This document shows positions 10,906 through 20,464 of a stretch of 63,216 nucleotides of DNA, one piece after another. Position 1 is the first letter of the stretch. Every line of letters begins with the position of its first letter. Location of the stretch: positions 1 to 63,216 of the forward strand of contig JAAZLS010000009.1 of assembly GCA_012799185.1 (NCBI GenBank). The letters are read 5' to 3'. The translations under genes and the position numbers were made by a program. Below the pieces are notes generated by a model. That model was not told the DNA's origin. It worked only from the letters and a program-made list of their open reading frames with translations, and ran no database searches. Origin of the DNA: Bacillota bacterium. Its GTDB lineage: Bacteria > Bacillota > Dethiobacteria > DTU022.

Positions 10906-12719
10906 CTGTTATTGTACTTAGCCCGGCAGTCGCCGAACAGATTGCTGCAGGGGAGGTAATCGAGAATCCCGCTTCGGTAGTAAAAGAGCTGGTAGAAAAC
11001 TCCCTGGATGCGGGCGCCGATCGGATTGAGATCTCGATTAAAGGGGGGGGTATCGATGGGATCGAAGTGATCGATGACGGGGAGGGTATCGATCCCGCCG
11101 ACCTGCCGTTAATATTTCAAAGATATGCTACCAGCAAGATATCCCGGCTGGAAGACCTGGTAACCATTAACAGCCTGGGATTTCGAGGAGAGGCCCTGCC
11201 CAGTATCGCCGCTGTATCCCGGGTTACCCTAACCAGTCGCCGGCGGGGAAAAAGCTCCGGGCGCACGCTCCGGCTGGAGGGGGGTAAAGCGGCCGGCCGC
11301 CTTCGGGAGGTAGGGGCTCCGGAGGGAACGGCGGTCCGGGTGGAGGATCTATTTTATAATACCCCGGCCCGTCTGAAATTTTTAAAATCTCCCCCGGTCG
11401 AGAGCGGGCGTATCTCCTCTCTTCTCTGGGAGCTAGCCCTGGCTCATCCCCGGGTATCCTTTACACTGCAGAGCAATGGGCGTAACCTGTTACAGACCGC
11501 CGGGGATGGTTCTATCACCCATATTTTAGGTTCGCTCCATGGCCTGGAATGTGCAAAGGCCCTCCTGGAGCTGGATGAGAGGACCGTCGGCGGCCCGGTT
11601 AAGATTTTCGGTTCCATTTCTGCCCCCTACTACCACCGGCCTACCCGCCGCGGGATAACAATTATCGTCAACGGACGGGTGGTGCGGGCTCCCTCCCTAG
11701 TCTACGCCCTGGAAAGGGGTTACGGTAACCTGCTGCCCCGGGGGCGTTACCCGGTGGCGGCAATCCGGATCACCATGCCGCCGAATATGCTCGATATCAA
11801 CGTCCATCCTTCCAAGAGCACGGTACGCTTCCAGAATCCGGGGGTACTATCCGATCTGGTTTACCGCGCCGTGAGGGGAGTCCTGGAGGGGAAGTTGCCG
11901 CTACCCTCTTTTAAGGAATCGGGGGCAAAGACCGGTACCCCAACTCCGCTACCGGATAGTGAAGGTAGCCGGCGGGAGGCGGCATCGGTTAAAGATATTT
12001 ACCGGCGGCAGGATCGACAGGAGATCGGCCCCCTAGCAGCGGAGGGTAAACCGGTAATCGTGGAGGATTTAAAAGAGGAGATAGGCGAAGAGGGTCACCA
12101 GGAGAGCCTCTTTTTACAAGGGAGAGAGCCGGAAAAAGGGGAGATGCATCTGATCGGCCAATTTTTACATAGTTACCTGGTCGCCCAGCGCGGTGAGGAG
12201 TTGATTCTAATCGATCAACATGCCGCCCATGAGCGGGTCCTCTACCACCGGTTGCTCACGGACCCGGTCGGTCGACAGTCAACGGCGATGCAGCTGACCC
12301 TCCCCCTGGAACTGGAGATCCCGGCTCCCTACCGGGAACGCTTCGCTGGGTTGCTCGATACATTACGGGGGCTAGGTTTTAAACTGGAAGCCTTTGGTGA
12401 TAATAACTATATTATCCGTGCGCTGCCCCTTTTACTTAAAGGAACGATGGGCCAGGCGGATCTGGACAACCTTATAGAGGAGCTCCTGGCGGAAGAACCG
12501 GAACCGGGCCTGAACAAGCGGGAACAGGTTTGCCGAAATATAGCCTGCCAGCAGGCGATAAAGGCCCGGCAAGCGCTAACACGTCGGGAGATGGAGAGAC
12601 TCCTCGACGAATGGCTAGCTACCCCCGGCTATCAGTACTGCCCCCACGGGCGGCCCTGCCTAGTAGGATTTCAACGTAAGGCTTTAGATAAACTTTTCCG
12701 GCGCCAGGGGGGAAACTGA
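10902..12719 (+). CDS. mutL: DNA mismatch repair protein MutL (start codon non-canonical or unresolved)
   Basis: The ORF track starts at 11067. The same frame is open back to the TAA at 10899-10901, and 10908-11066 encodes VIVLSPAVAEQIAAGEVIENPASVVKELVENSLDAGADRIEISIKGGGIDGIE, the conserved GHKL ATPase N-terminus. That stretch has no ATG, GTG or TTG. An ATA at 10902 lies 8 nt after AAGGAGGGG, and an ATT is at 10911. Confidence 0.88.
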   Translation: MTVIVLSPAVAEQIAAGEVIENPASVVKELVENSLDAGADRIEISIKGGGIDGIEVIDDGEGIDPADLPLIFQRYATSKISRLEDLVTINSLGFRGEALPSIAAVSRVTLTSRRRGKSSGRTLRLEGGKAAGRLREVGAPEGTAVRVEDLFYNTPARLKFLKSPPVESGRISSLLWELALAHPRVSFTLQSNGRNLLQTAGDGSITHILGSLHGLECAKALLELDERTVGGPVKIFGSISAPYYHRPTRRGITIIVNGRVVRAPSLVYALERGYGNLLPRGRYPVAAIRITMPPNMLDINVHPSKSTVRFQNPGVLSDLVYRAVRGVLEGKLPLPSFKESGAKTGTPTPLPDSEGSRREAASVKDIYRRQDRQEIGPLAAEGKPVIVEDLKEEIGEEGHQESLFLQGREPEKGEMHLIGQFLHSYLVAQRGEELILIDQHAAHERVLYHRLLTDPVGRQSTAMQLTLPLELEIPAPYRERFAGLLDTLRGLGFKLEAFGDNNYIIRALPLLLKGTMGQADLDNLIEELLAEEPEPGLNKREQVCRNIACQQAIKARQALTRREMERLLDEWLATPGYQYCPHGRPCLVGFQRKALDKLFRRQGGN

Positions 12720-13684
12720 TGACTGGGGAACCCGGAAAGAAAATTAAGCTGTTGGCCCTGGTCGGGCCTACCGCCGCCGGTAAGAGTGCATTGGCAATCC
12801 AGGTGGCCCAAAGGCTGGGGGGTGAGATCGTTACCGCCGATTCGGCACAGATTTATCGCTATTTAGATATCGGCACAGCCAAGCCTACGCAAAAAGAGCG
12901 GCGGCTGGTCCCCCATCACCTGGTCGACCTAGTAGAGCCGGATCAGTACTTTAGCGTAGCCGATTACCAGGAGGCGGCCTACCGGGAAATAAAAAAGATT
13001 GCTTCAGCAGGGAGGTTACCCCTATTGGTCGGGGGAACCGGCCTCTATATTAATGCGGTTATCGACCGTTATGCCTTCCTGGCCGGGGGAAAAAACGAAC
13101 GGTTGCGCCGGCGCCTGCGGGATGAAGCGGAGCAGAAAGGGCTACCCCACCTTTACCGGCGTCTTGAGGGGGTAGATCCGAGGGCCGCAGCAAAAATCCA
13201 CCCCCACGATCAGCGCCGTATTATCAGGGCCCTGGAGGTCTACCTCCAGGAGGGCCGCCCGATATCGGAGCAGGAGGAGGCTACCCGGCGTCGTAAACCG
13301 ATCTTTGATCTAGTTATCTATGGCCTAACCTTACCCCGACCCCAGCTATATGAAAGGATTCACCGCCGCTTGCAATTAATGCTAGAAGCCGGCTTCCTGG
13401 AAGAGGTGAGGCAGGTGTTAGCCCGGGGTTTCCCTCCCCGGTGCCGGGGGCTGCAGAGCCTGGGTTACCGCCAGCTGGTGCAATACTTGACCGGTGGCAG
13501 CGATAAAGAGTGGGAGGCGACGGTTGATAATATTCGCCGGGATACCCGGCGCCTAGCCAAGCGCCAGCTTACCTGGTTTCGCCGGGACCCCCGCATTCGC
13601 TGGCTGGAGTATGAAGAGGGGGAAGGACCAACAGTATTTGCCGAAACTATTTCTTCCCGAGTGAAGGAAATTCTGTCACTTTAG
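12719..13684 (+). CDS. miaA: tRNA dimethylallyltransferase
   Basis: P-loop GPTAAGKS and the DSAQIYR, GTAKP and GGTGLY motifs are present. The start overlaps the mutL stop (TGATG). Confidence 0.93.
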   Translation: MTGEPGKKIKLLALVGPTAAGKSALAIQVAQRLGGEIVTADSAQIYRYLDIGTAKPTQKERRLVPHHLVDLVEPDQYFSVADYQEAAYREIKKIASAGRLPLLVGGTGLYINAVIDRYAFLAGGKNERLRRRLRDEAEQKGLPHLYRRLEGVDPRAAAKIHPHDQRRIIRALEVYLQEGRPISEQEEATRRRKPIFDLVIYGLTLPRPQLYERIHRRLQLMLEAGFLEEVRQVLARGFPPRCRGLQSLGYRQLVQYLTGGSDKEWEATVDNIRRDTRRLAKRQLTWFRRDPRIRWLEYEEGEGPTVFAETISSRVKEILSL

Positions 13685-13728
13685 GAGAATATTAACAGCT
13701 ACTTGAAGAAATGGGGGGAGCCTTTCCA

Positions 13729-13971
13729 ATGAAAGGACCGGTTAATTTACAAGATACATTTTTAAACCAGGCCCGTAAAGAAAATATGTTAACTACAGTT
13801 TTCTTGGTTAATGGGTACCAGATTAAGGGTATTGTGCGGAGCTTTGATAACTTTACGATACTACTGGATGTGGAAGGTAAACAACAGCTAGTTTATAAGC
13901 ATGCCGTTTCAACCATTGTTCCTTTCAGGAATATCAACCTGCGGCCCGAAGAAAAGGAAAACCTAGAATAG
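13729..13971 (+). CDS. hfq: RNA chaperone Hfq
   Basis: The Sm1/Sm2 motifs are [35 protein letters not shown]....[12 protein letters not shown]. The ATG at 13729 follows GGGGGGAG, so the upstream ATG at 13711 is less likely. Confidence 0.9.
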   Translation: MKGPVNLQDTFLNQARKENMLTTVFLVNGYQIKGIVRSFDNFTILLDVEGKQQLVYKHAVSTIVPFRNINLRPEEKENLE

Positions 13972-14080
13972 TTCGGCCGGCATTTTTTACCATAACCCTT
14001 TAAAATAGCGGCAGGCCCCCTTTCCCTCTTTGACCAGCTCGAGCGTATAATAGGAGAGGAGCAGGGGAGGGAGGGCACCA

Positions 14081-15007
14081 TTGGTCGAAACGCAGCGGAT
14101 TAATCGATTCACAAAGCGGATAAACCGGGGAGAGCTAAATACAATCGCTGCGCTGAAGGCCCTCAGTGAACTTCCGGATAGTCCGGGAGGCCCGGTTTTA
14201 CGCTCGGCGCTCTATGAGCTAAACCGGCTGGTGGGGTTGGATCAGGTCAAAGAGGTCGTCTTGGAAATTAAAGCCTACCTGGAGATCCAACAAAAAAGGG
14301 CAGCCTGCGGGCTTCGAAGCAGCCCCCAAATGTTACATATGATTTTTAAAGGCAATCCGGGGACCGGTAAAACCACCGTTGCCCGTTTGCTAGGACAGAT
14401 ATTTAAGGGACTGGGGGTTCTACCCCGGGGCCACCTAGTCGAGGTAGAGAGGGCGGACCTGGTGGGTGAGTACATCGGGCAGACCGCCCAAAAAACCCGG
14501 GAGAAGCTCAAAGATTCCCGGGGCGGAATCCTATTTGTAGATGAGGCCTACTCCCTGGGGCGGGGGGGAGAGAAGGACTTTGGCAAGGAAGCGATTGATG
14601 TCCTGGTAAAGGGGATGGAAGATTGGCGCAGCGAATTTATCCTGGTGCTCGCCGGCTATCGCCTGCAGATGAGCCAGTTTGTAGCGCTAAACCCCGGGTT
14701 ATCCTCTCGTTTTCCCCTTCAGATTGATTTTCCCGACTACACGGTTCACGAGCTACTTGCTATCGCTGACATGATGGCGACCGAGCGCCATTATCAATGG
14801 TCGCCGGCTGCCCGGCTAAGGCTAGAGCGGTACCTGGCGAATAAACTTTTATATCAGCGGCCCCATTTCAGCAACGCCCGCCTGGTCAGAAATATCCTTG
14901 AAAAATCCCTCCGCCGCCAGGCCCTAAGGCTAAGCCGGCGGGAAAACCTGTCACGGGAAGATTTGGTACTTATAGATCGAGCCGATCTTGCGGTGGAAGA
15001 TAGATGA
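14081..15007 (+). CDS. spoVK: AAA+ ATPase, stage V sporulation protein K-like
   Basis: Walker A GNPGTGKTTVA, Walker B ILFVDEAY, and the SpoVK/CbbX-type context LVGEYIGQTAQKT are present. Confidence 0.8.
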   Translation: MVETQRINRFTKRINRGELNTIAALKALSELPDSPGGPVLRSALYELNRLVGLDQVKEVVLEIKAYLEIQQKRAACGLRSSPQMLHMIFKGNPGTGKTTVARLLGQIFKGLGVLPRGHLVEVERADLVGEYIGQTAQKTREKLKDSRGGILFVDEAYSLGRGGEKDFGKEAIDVLVKGMEDWRSEFILVLAGYRLQMSQFVALNPGLSSRFPLQIDFPDYTVHELLAIADMMATERHYQWSPAARLRLERYLANKLLYQRPHFSNARLVRNILEKSLRRQALRLSRRENLSREDLVLIDRADLAVEDR

Positions 15008-15585
15008 CCCGGAAGATTGCCGTGGTAGGAGCACCCGCCAGCGGCAAGACCCTATTTAGCATCAACTGGTGCGAATACCTGGGAGCTACCCGGCTCTACT
15101 ATTATGAATTGAATGGCACCGGGAGAAGGAAGGGGACTATTACCCCGTCGGAGGCCCGGAAACGGATGGTATCAAAAGGGCGCTCACAACCGGCGCGTAC
15201 ATTTATCATTAATCAACCGGGTCAATCCCCTTCCCGGTTGGCCATAACCGATACCTTCAGCCTGCTGCATAAGACAATCCTCAACGCCAAGGAGCGGATG
15301 CAACTCTCTTTTACTTTAAAGACCCTCGCCACAACCGATATAATCTTAAACCTGGTCGATTTAACCTGTAGCGACCCGCACCAGGTTGAATTTATAGCAG
15401 CAGTGGATCGGCACCTCTCTGAATTCTCCACCCGGCGGGCGGTCCATTACAGGCTCCTGGGGAACAAGATCGACCTACTGAAAAATCGGTCGAAGATACC
15501 CGGTTGGCCGGTTAGCGGACCGCTAATTCCCATATCGGTCAAGACCCGGGCCGGCTTTGAGCTTCTTAGGGAGAAAATTTTTTAA
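15004..15585 (+). CDS. small P-loop GTPase-like protein, function unknown
   Basis: G1 is GAPASGKT, G4 is NKID and G5-like is SVK. The G3 position reads DTFS instead of DxxG. The start overlaps the spoVK stop. Confidence 0.5.
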   Translation: MTRKIAVVGAPASGKTLFSINWCEYLGATRLYYYELNGTGRRKGTITPSEARKRMVSKGRSQPARTFIINQPGQSPSRLAITDTFSLLHKTILNAKERMQLSFTLKTLATTDIILNLVDLTCSDPHQVEFIAAVDRHLSEFSTRRAVHYRLLGNKIDLLKNRSKIPGWPVSGPLIPISVKTRAGFELLREKIF

Positions 15586-15701
15586 TTAAACACTACCCTG
15601 GGGGGATATAATTGGCAGCCGGGTTTAAGCCCAGTAGATCTATGCTAAAATAGGGTAACAGATAATAATATTGTTGAAAGTAGAGGTGCTACTGCATACC
15701 G

Positions 15702-16967
15702 TTGATCGAGAGTGCCATACTGGTAGGCTGGGAACCGCTAAAGTCGGCGGAGGACTATGAGCAGGCGATGGAGGAGCTTGCCTTACTGGCCCGGACTGCC
15801 GGTGCAGAACCGTTGATAACTGTAACTCAGAAAAGGGCTTCCCCCGATCCTCGCTACTACATCGGCCGGGGCAAGACCCAAGAGGTGGCTGCCCTGGCGG
15901 AAGAGCTGGGGGCCACCCTGGTTGTATTCAATGATCAGCTTTCACCCACACAGATCCGAAACTTGGAAAAGGCATTAGGAGTCAAGGTGATTGATCGCAC
16001 CGCCCTGATCCTAGATGTCTTTGCCCGGCGGGCTCGGACCCGGGCCGGTAAACTTCAAGTAGAATTGGCCCAGCTTCAGTACCTGTTACCCCGGCTGACC
16101 GGCATGGGGACCCAGCTTTCCCGCCTGGGAGGAGGTATTGGTACCCGGGGACCGGGGGAGACCCGGCTGGAGGTAGACCGGCGGCGAATCCGAATGCGTA
16201 TCACCGAGCTCCGCCGGGATATAAAGAGCTTGAGGAAGCAGCGCCGTCTACACCGCCGGCTGCGCAAGAAGAGGGAGATGAAGGTTATCAGCCTGGTCGG
16301 CTATACCAATGCCGGTAAATCAACTCTGTTGAATACCCTGACCGGGGCTGATCTATATACGGAGGACAAGCTTTTTGCAACCCTTGATCCCTCGGTACGA
16401 CGGGGGAACTTAAACGGTGGGATGAAGGTGCTCTTCTCCGATACGGTAGGGTTTATCCGGCGACTTCCCGCCGAGCTATGGACCGCCTTTCAAGCTACCC
16501 TGGAGGAGCTTTTGGATTCGGATCTCCTCCTTCACCTGGTCGATCTGAGCCATTCCAACTACCTTAACCAGCTTTACGCGGTCCGGGAACACCTCTCCCG
16601 GCTGGATCCCGAGTACCATCAGCGGGAGGTGCTGGTATTTAACAAGATAGATCGACTGGCAGAAGAGGTAAACCGGGAGATGCTTCAACGAAAATTCCCC
16701 GGTTCATGCTATATTTCAGCCCTTACCGGGGAGGGGCTAGGGGAGCTAAAGCAGATTCTATTGGAGGCGCTCACCCGGAGTTACCTAAAACTAAGGCTGT
16801 ACCTGCCCTACAACGATCGCCCGGCCTATTATCAAATACTTCGGCAGGGCACAATCCTAAAAGAGATCTATCACCCCGGATATATCGAAATTCTGGCTGA
16901 ACTTAATCCAATCCTAGGAGAACAGCTTAGCCGTTACACGGTTATTCCCGACGGCTATTCCCGCTAA
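15702..16967 (+). CDS. hflX: GTPase HflX
   Basis: An HflX N-domain (DRTALILDVFARRA, LQVELAQLQY, GPGETRLE) is followed by a G domain (GYTNAGKSTLLN, DTVGF, NKID). Confidence 0.92.
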   Translation: MIESAILVGWEPLKSAEDYEQAMEELALLARTAGAEPLITVTQKRASPDPRYYIGRGKTQEVAALAEELGATLVVFNDQLSPTQIRNLEKALGVKVIDRTALILDVFARRARTRAGKLQVELAQLQYLLPRLTGMGTQLSRLGGGIGTRGPGETRLEVDRRRIRMRITELRRDIKSLRKQRRLHRRLRKKREMKVISLVGYTNAGKSTLLNTLTGADLYTEDKLFATLDPSVRRGNLNGGMKVLFSDTVGFIRRLPAELWTAFQATLEELLDSDLLLHLVDLSHSNYLNQLYAVREHLSRLDPEYHQREVLVFNKIDRLAEEVNREMLQRKFPGSCYISALTGEGLGELKQILLEALTRSYLKLRLYLPYNDRPAYYQILRQGTILKEIYHPGYIEILAELNPILGEQLSRYTVIPDGYSR

Positions 16968-16996
16968 TTTTATTCCAGGGAGGTTTCTAATAGCAG

Positions 16997-18268
16997 ATGA
17001 ATCACCAACCATGGCAAGACTATTTTTCATTTCCTCGACAGTTAACCGGGTGGATCGGAGAAACCCTGACCGATATTACCCCCTACTGGGAGAAAATTGA
17101 CCATACCGTTTTAATCAATCAGCACCGGGTTTTGCAGGCTATGCAGCAGGAGAGGATCGGCGAGGAGGATTTTCAAGATAGTACCGGCTACGGTGATAAC
17201 GACCGGGGACGGGAAAAGTTAGAGGCGATCTATGCCGAACTTTTTGAGGCCGAGGCCGCCTTGGTGCGAAGCCAGATCTTATCGGGGACCCACGCCCTGG
17301 CTCTGGCCCTTTTCGGCCTGCTCCGCCCGGGAGAGGAGCTACTGTTTGTAACCGGGGCCCCCTACGATACCCTGCAGGTAGTAGTTGGAAGCAAAGGGGG
17401 GGAGGAGGGGACTTTAAAAGAATGGGGGATCCGTTACCGTTATCTTCCCCTGGCGGAGAACGGTGAACCGGATCTCTCCCGACTCGAACCCGGCTCCAGG
17501 CCCCGGGTAGCCTATATTCAACGCTCCATCGGGTACGAGGTGGGCCAGCGGGCCCTATCGATCGCAAAATTGAAGGAGCTGATTGCAGCAATCCGCTCCC
17601 TTTTTCCTAAAGCCTGGATCTTGGTTGATAACTGTTACGGTGAGTTTGTCGAGACCGATGAACCGACCGCCGTCGGTGCCGACCTGGCCGTCGGCTCATT
17701 AATAAAAAATCCAGGAGGGGGGCTGGCCGCCAGTGGTGGTTATGTAGCAGGCAAGAAGGAACTGGTTCATAAAATTGCCTCTCGTTTTAGCGCCCCCGGC
17801 TTATATGGCAACTTGGGGGCGATGGCCTCAAAGCGAAATCTTTTCCAGGGGCTCTTTCTGGCGCCAGGGCTAGTCGGCAATGCTTTAAAAAATGCTATCT
17901 TCGCCGCTCGCCTCTTTGAAAAGATGGGATACAAGGTTAAACCTGGTTTTGATCAGCCAAGGGGCGATATTGTTCAGGCGATCGTGTTAGGGGATCAGGC
18001 CCGGCTCGAACTATTCTGCCAGGCGATCCAGGGCGCCTCTCCCATTGAGCACTATGTTACACCGGTGCCCGCCGCTCCCCCTGGCTATGACGATCCGATA
18101 ATTATGGCTGCCGGCACCTTTATCCAGGGGGCCTCCGGGGAGCTAACCGCCGACGGGCCGCTGCGGCCGCCCTACGCCGTCTTTCTCCAGGGGGCGCTCA
18201 GCCTAGCCCACGCCCTCTGGGCCACCTGCCGGGCCGCAGAGGCGCTCCTAACAGTAGGGCACCCCTAA
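16997..18268 (+). CDS. ynbB: methionine gamma-lyase family / aluminium-resistance PLP protein (YnbB-like)
   Basis: STGYGDNDRGREKLE..YAELF.AEAALVR.Q..SGTHA is characteristic of the YnbB family. It sits directly after hflX, as in Bacillus. Confidence 0.8.
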   Translation: MNHQPWQDYFSFPRQLTGWIGETLTDITPYWEKIDHTVLINQHRVLQAMQQERIGEEDFQDSTGYGDNDRGREKLEAIYAELFEAEAALVRSQILSGTHALALALFGLLRPGEELLFVTGAPYDTLQVVVGSKGGEEGTLKEWGIRYRYLPLAENGEPDLSRLEPGSRPRVAYIQRSIGYEVGQRALSIAKLKELIAAIRSLFPKAWILVDNCYGEFVETDEPTAVGADLAVGSLIKNPGGGLAASGGYVAGKKELVHKIASRFSAPGLYGNLGAMASKRNLFQGLFLAPGLVGNALKNAIFAARLFEKMGYKVKPGFDQPRGDIVQAIVLGDQARLELFCQAIQGASPIEHYVTPVPAAPPGYDDPIIMAAGTFIQGASGELTADGPLRPPYAVFLQGALSLAHALWATCRAAEALLTVGHP

Positions 18269-18276
18269 GGGTGCCC
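18257..18276. terminator. bidirectional hairpin between convergent ynbB and formimidoyltransferase genes
   Basis: GGGCACCC-ctaa-GGGTGCCC is a perfect 8-bp GC-rich stem. The loop contains the ynbB stop codon. Confidence 0.6.
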
Positions 18277-18285
18277 CGCTGCTCT

Positions 18286-19182
18286 CTATTCGAGCAGCCG
18301 TTTCTCCAAGATCTGGTTGCGATCAAAACCGGCCAGCTGCAGGTAGAATTCAGCGGCATCGGCCAGGGCATCGAGGGGAGTTAGGCCGATTATCTCACTC
18401 TCGATTACCGCCACCCCGTAGCGGGCGGCCTCCCTTTTAACCAATTCAAAGACCCGGTGCAGGGGGACCTGCCGGTAGTCGCAGACATTAATGGTTACCT
18501 GCGCCTTGCCGGTCTCCTCGATGGAGATCCCCAGCGCCTTGATCGTAGGGAATCCGCCACCGCTACCGCGGATCGCCCGGGCTATTTTCTGGGCGATACT
18601 CACATCGCCGGTATCCAGGTTAATATTATAGGCAATTAACGGGGGTCGAGCCCCTACCGCCGTTACTCCCGCCCGGGGGTTAACCTCCGCCGGCCCAAAA
18701 TCTGGTTTTCGCTCCGGCTCCCGGATCGCCGTCAGTAACCCTTCATACTGGCCGCGGCGAACCGATGAGAGATTTTTCCGTTCCGGTTTTCTCGCCGCCT
18801 CTTCGTAAAGATAGACCGGGATAGACAGCTCATCGGCCAGTCGACGGCCAAGGGCCTGGGCCAGTTTAATACAGTCCTCCATGGTTACCCTGGCCACCGG
18901 GATAAAGGGGATCACATCGGTTGCACCCATGCGCGGGTGTTCCCCCTGGTGTTTACTCATATCGATCAGGGAGGCCGCTGTTTTGGCTCCCTGGAAGGCC
19001 GACTCCAGCACCGACTGGGGATCACCGATAAAGGTCATTACCGAGCGGTTGTGGCTCTTGTCATAAGAATAGTCGAGCAGTTTAACCCCGGGCACACCTT
19101 TGATCGCCCCGGCAATCTCTTCGATGACCTCTATTCGACGGCCCTCGCTGAAATTTGGAACACACTGCACAATTTTACCCAT
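18286..19182 (-). CDS. glutamate formimidoyltransferase
   Basis: MGKIVQCVPNFSEGR...HNRSV.TF.G is the hallmark N-terminus of the FTCD transferase domain. It is the last gene of the hut operon. Confidence 0.87.
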   Translation of the reverse strand: MGKIVQCVPNFSEGRRIEVIEEIAGAIKGVPGVKLLDYSYDKSHNRSVMTFIGDPQSVLESAFQGAKTAASLIDMSKHQGEHPRMGATDVIPFIPVARVTMEDCIKLAQALGRRLADELSIPVYLYEEAARKPERKNLSSVRRGQYEGLLTAIREPERKPDFGPAEVNPRAGVTAVGARPPLIAYNINLDTGDVSIAQKIARAIRGSGGGFPTIKALGISIEETGKAQVTINVCDYRQVPLHRVFELVKREAARYGVAVIESEIIGLTPLDALADAAEFYLQLAGFDRNQILEKRLLE

Positions 19183-20449
19183 TATTATCTACCTCCAGTA
19201 CAACATTTCCATTCTTAATTACTTTATCCACCAGGTTGGTACCATAGCGATAGGCTAAATACTCGTAATTGGGAGCATCGAAAATTACAATATCGGCTTT
19301 CTTGCCCTCTTCTAGACTGCCGATCTCGATAGCCCGTCCCAGGGCATGGGCGGCATTAATTGTAATAGCGTTAATAACCTCGGCCGGGGTCATCTCCAGG
19401 TAAAGACAGGCGATATTGATTACCAGCTGAAGATTATTGTTGGGTGAGCTGCCCGGGTTAAAATCGGTAGCCAGGGCTACCGGCACCCCGGCTTCAATCA
19501 TGGCGCGGGCCGGTGCGTAGCGCTCCTCCCGCAGGTAGAAGGTGGTCCCCGGCAGGAGGACGGCGATGGTACCAGCCCCGGCCATGCGGGCAATTCCCTC
19601 CTTTGATATAACTAGCAGGTGGTCGGCAGAGACGGCACCCAGTTCGGCGGCCAGCTCGGCCCCGCCGATAGGAACAATTTCATCGGCATGCATCTTTAAT
19701 TCTAAACCCATCTCACGGGCCGCCAGCAGAAGGCGGCGCGACTCTTCTACAGAGAAGACCCCCTCTTCACAGAAAACATCGCAGTAGCGGGCCAGCTTCT
19801 CTTCCACCACCCGGGGCAGCATCTCTTCAATGATCAGGCTGATAAAGCCTTCGCGATCATCTTTATACTCAGGGGGGAGCGCGTGGGCACCGAGGAAGGT
19901 CGGCACCAGGTCAACCGGTTGGATGCGATCTACCTCTTTTATGGCCCGAAGCATTTTCAACTCTGAAGCGGTGGAGAGACCGTAACCGCTCTTTGCTTCA
20001 GCGGTAGTTGTACCCTGAGCCAGCATCTGGCGGCTGTATTTCTCAGCAATCGTTACCAGCTCTTCTAGTGATGCCCGGCGGGTTGCTTTCACTGTGCTCA
20101 GGATCCCGCCACCAGCGGCTAAGATCTCCAGGTAGGGAACATTTTTAAGTTTGAGGGAGAGTTCATGCTCCCGGGAGCCGCCGAAAACAATATGGGTATG
20201 GGGATCGACCAGCCCGGGAAGAACAACCTTCCCGGAGGCATCGATCTCCCGCCTTTTCTGATTTCGCTCCAGGCGTTTCTCTAGATCGGCGGTCGTCCCG
20301 ACCGCGACAATTTTATCATCTTTAATTGCCACCGCACCATCAGCGAGCACGGTTATCTCTCCCTGATTTTTACCCCGAAGGGGTGCCGGGGAGGCTCCCC
20401 GGGAGGTAACCAGCTGGGCGGCATTTTTGATCAGCAGATCAGCTTTCAT
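19175..20449 (-). CDS. hutI: imidazolonepropionase
   Basis: An amidohydrolase fold with PGLVDPHTHIVFGG, the KSGYGL motif and ATDFNPGSS. Confidence 0.92.
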   Translation of the reverse strand: MKADLLIKNAAQLVTSRGASPAPLRGKNQGEITVLADGAVAIKDDKIVAVGTTADLEKRLERNQKRREIDASGKVVLPGLVDPHTHIVFGGSREHELSLKLKNVPYLEILAAGGGILSTVKATRRASLEELVTIAEKYSRQMLAQGTTTAEAKSGYGLSTASELKMLRAIKEVDRIQPVDLVPTFLGAHALPPEYKDDREGFISLIIEEMLPRVVEEKLARYCDVFCEEGVFSVEESRRLLLAAREMGLELKMHADEIVPIGGAELAAELGAVSADHLLVISKEGIARMAGAGTIAVLLPGTTFYLREERYAPARAMIEAGVPVALATDFNPGSSPNNNLQLVINIACLYLEMTPAEVINAITINAAHALGRAIEIGSLEEGKKADIVIFDAPNYEYLAYRYGTNLVDKVIKNGNVVLEVDNNG

Positions 20450-20464
20450 TTAAACACCTCGCTG

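Noticed and set aside
10897-10911. Programmed -1 frameshift fusing MutS to MutL (the mutL frame is -1 relative to mutS at the junction).
   Set aside because: No X-XXY-YYZ slippery heptamer is present (the sequence is CCUAAAUAACU) and there is no downstream stimulatory structure. A strong SD 8 nt before the ATA favours independent or coupled initiation.
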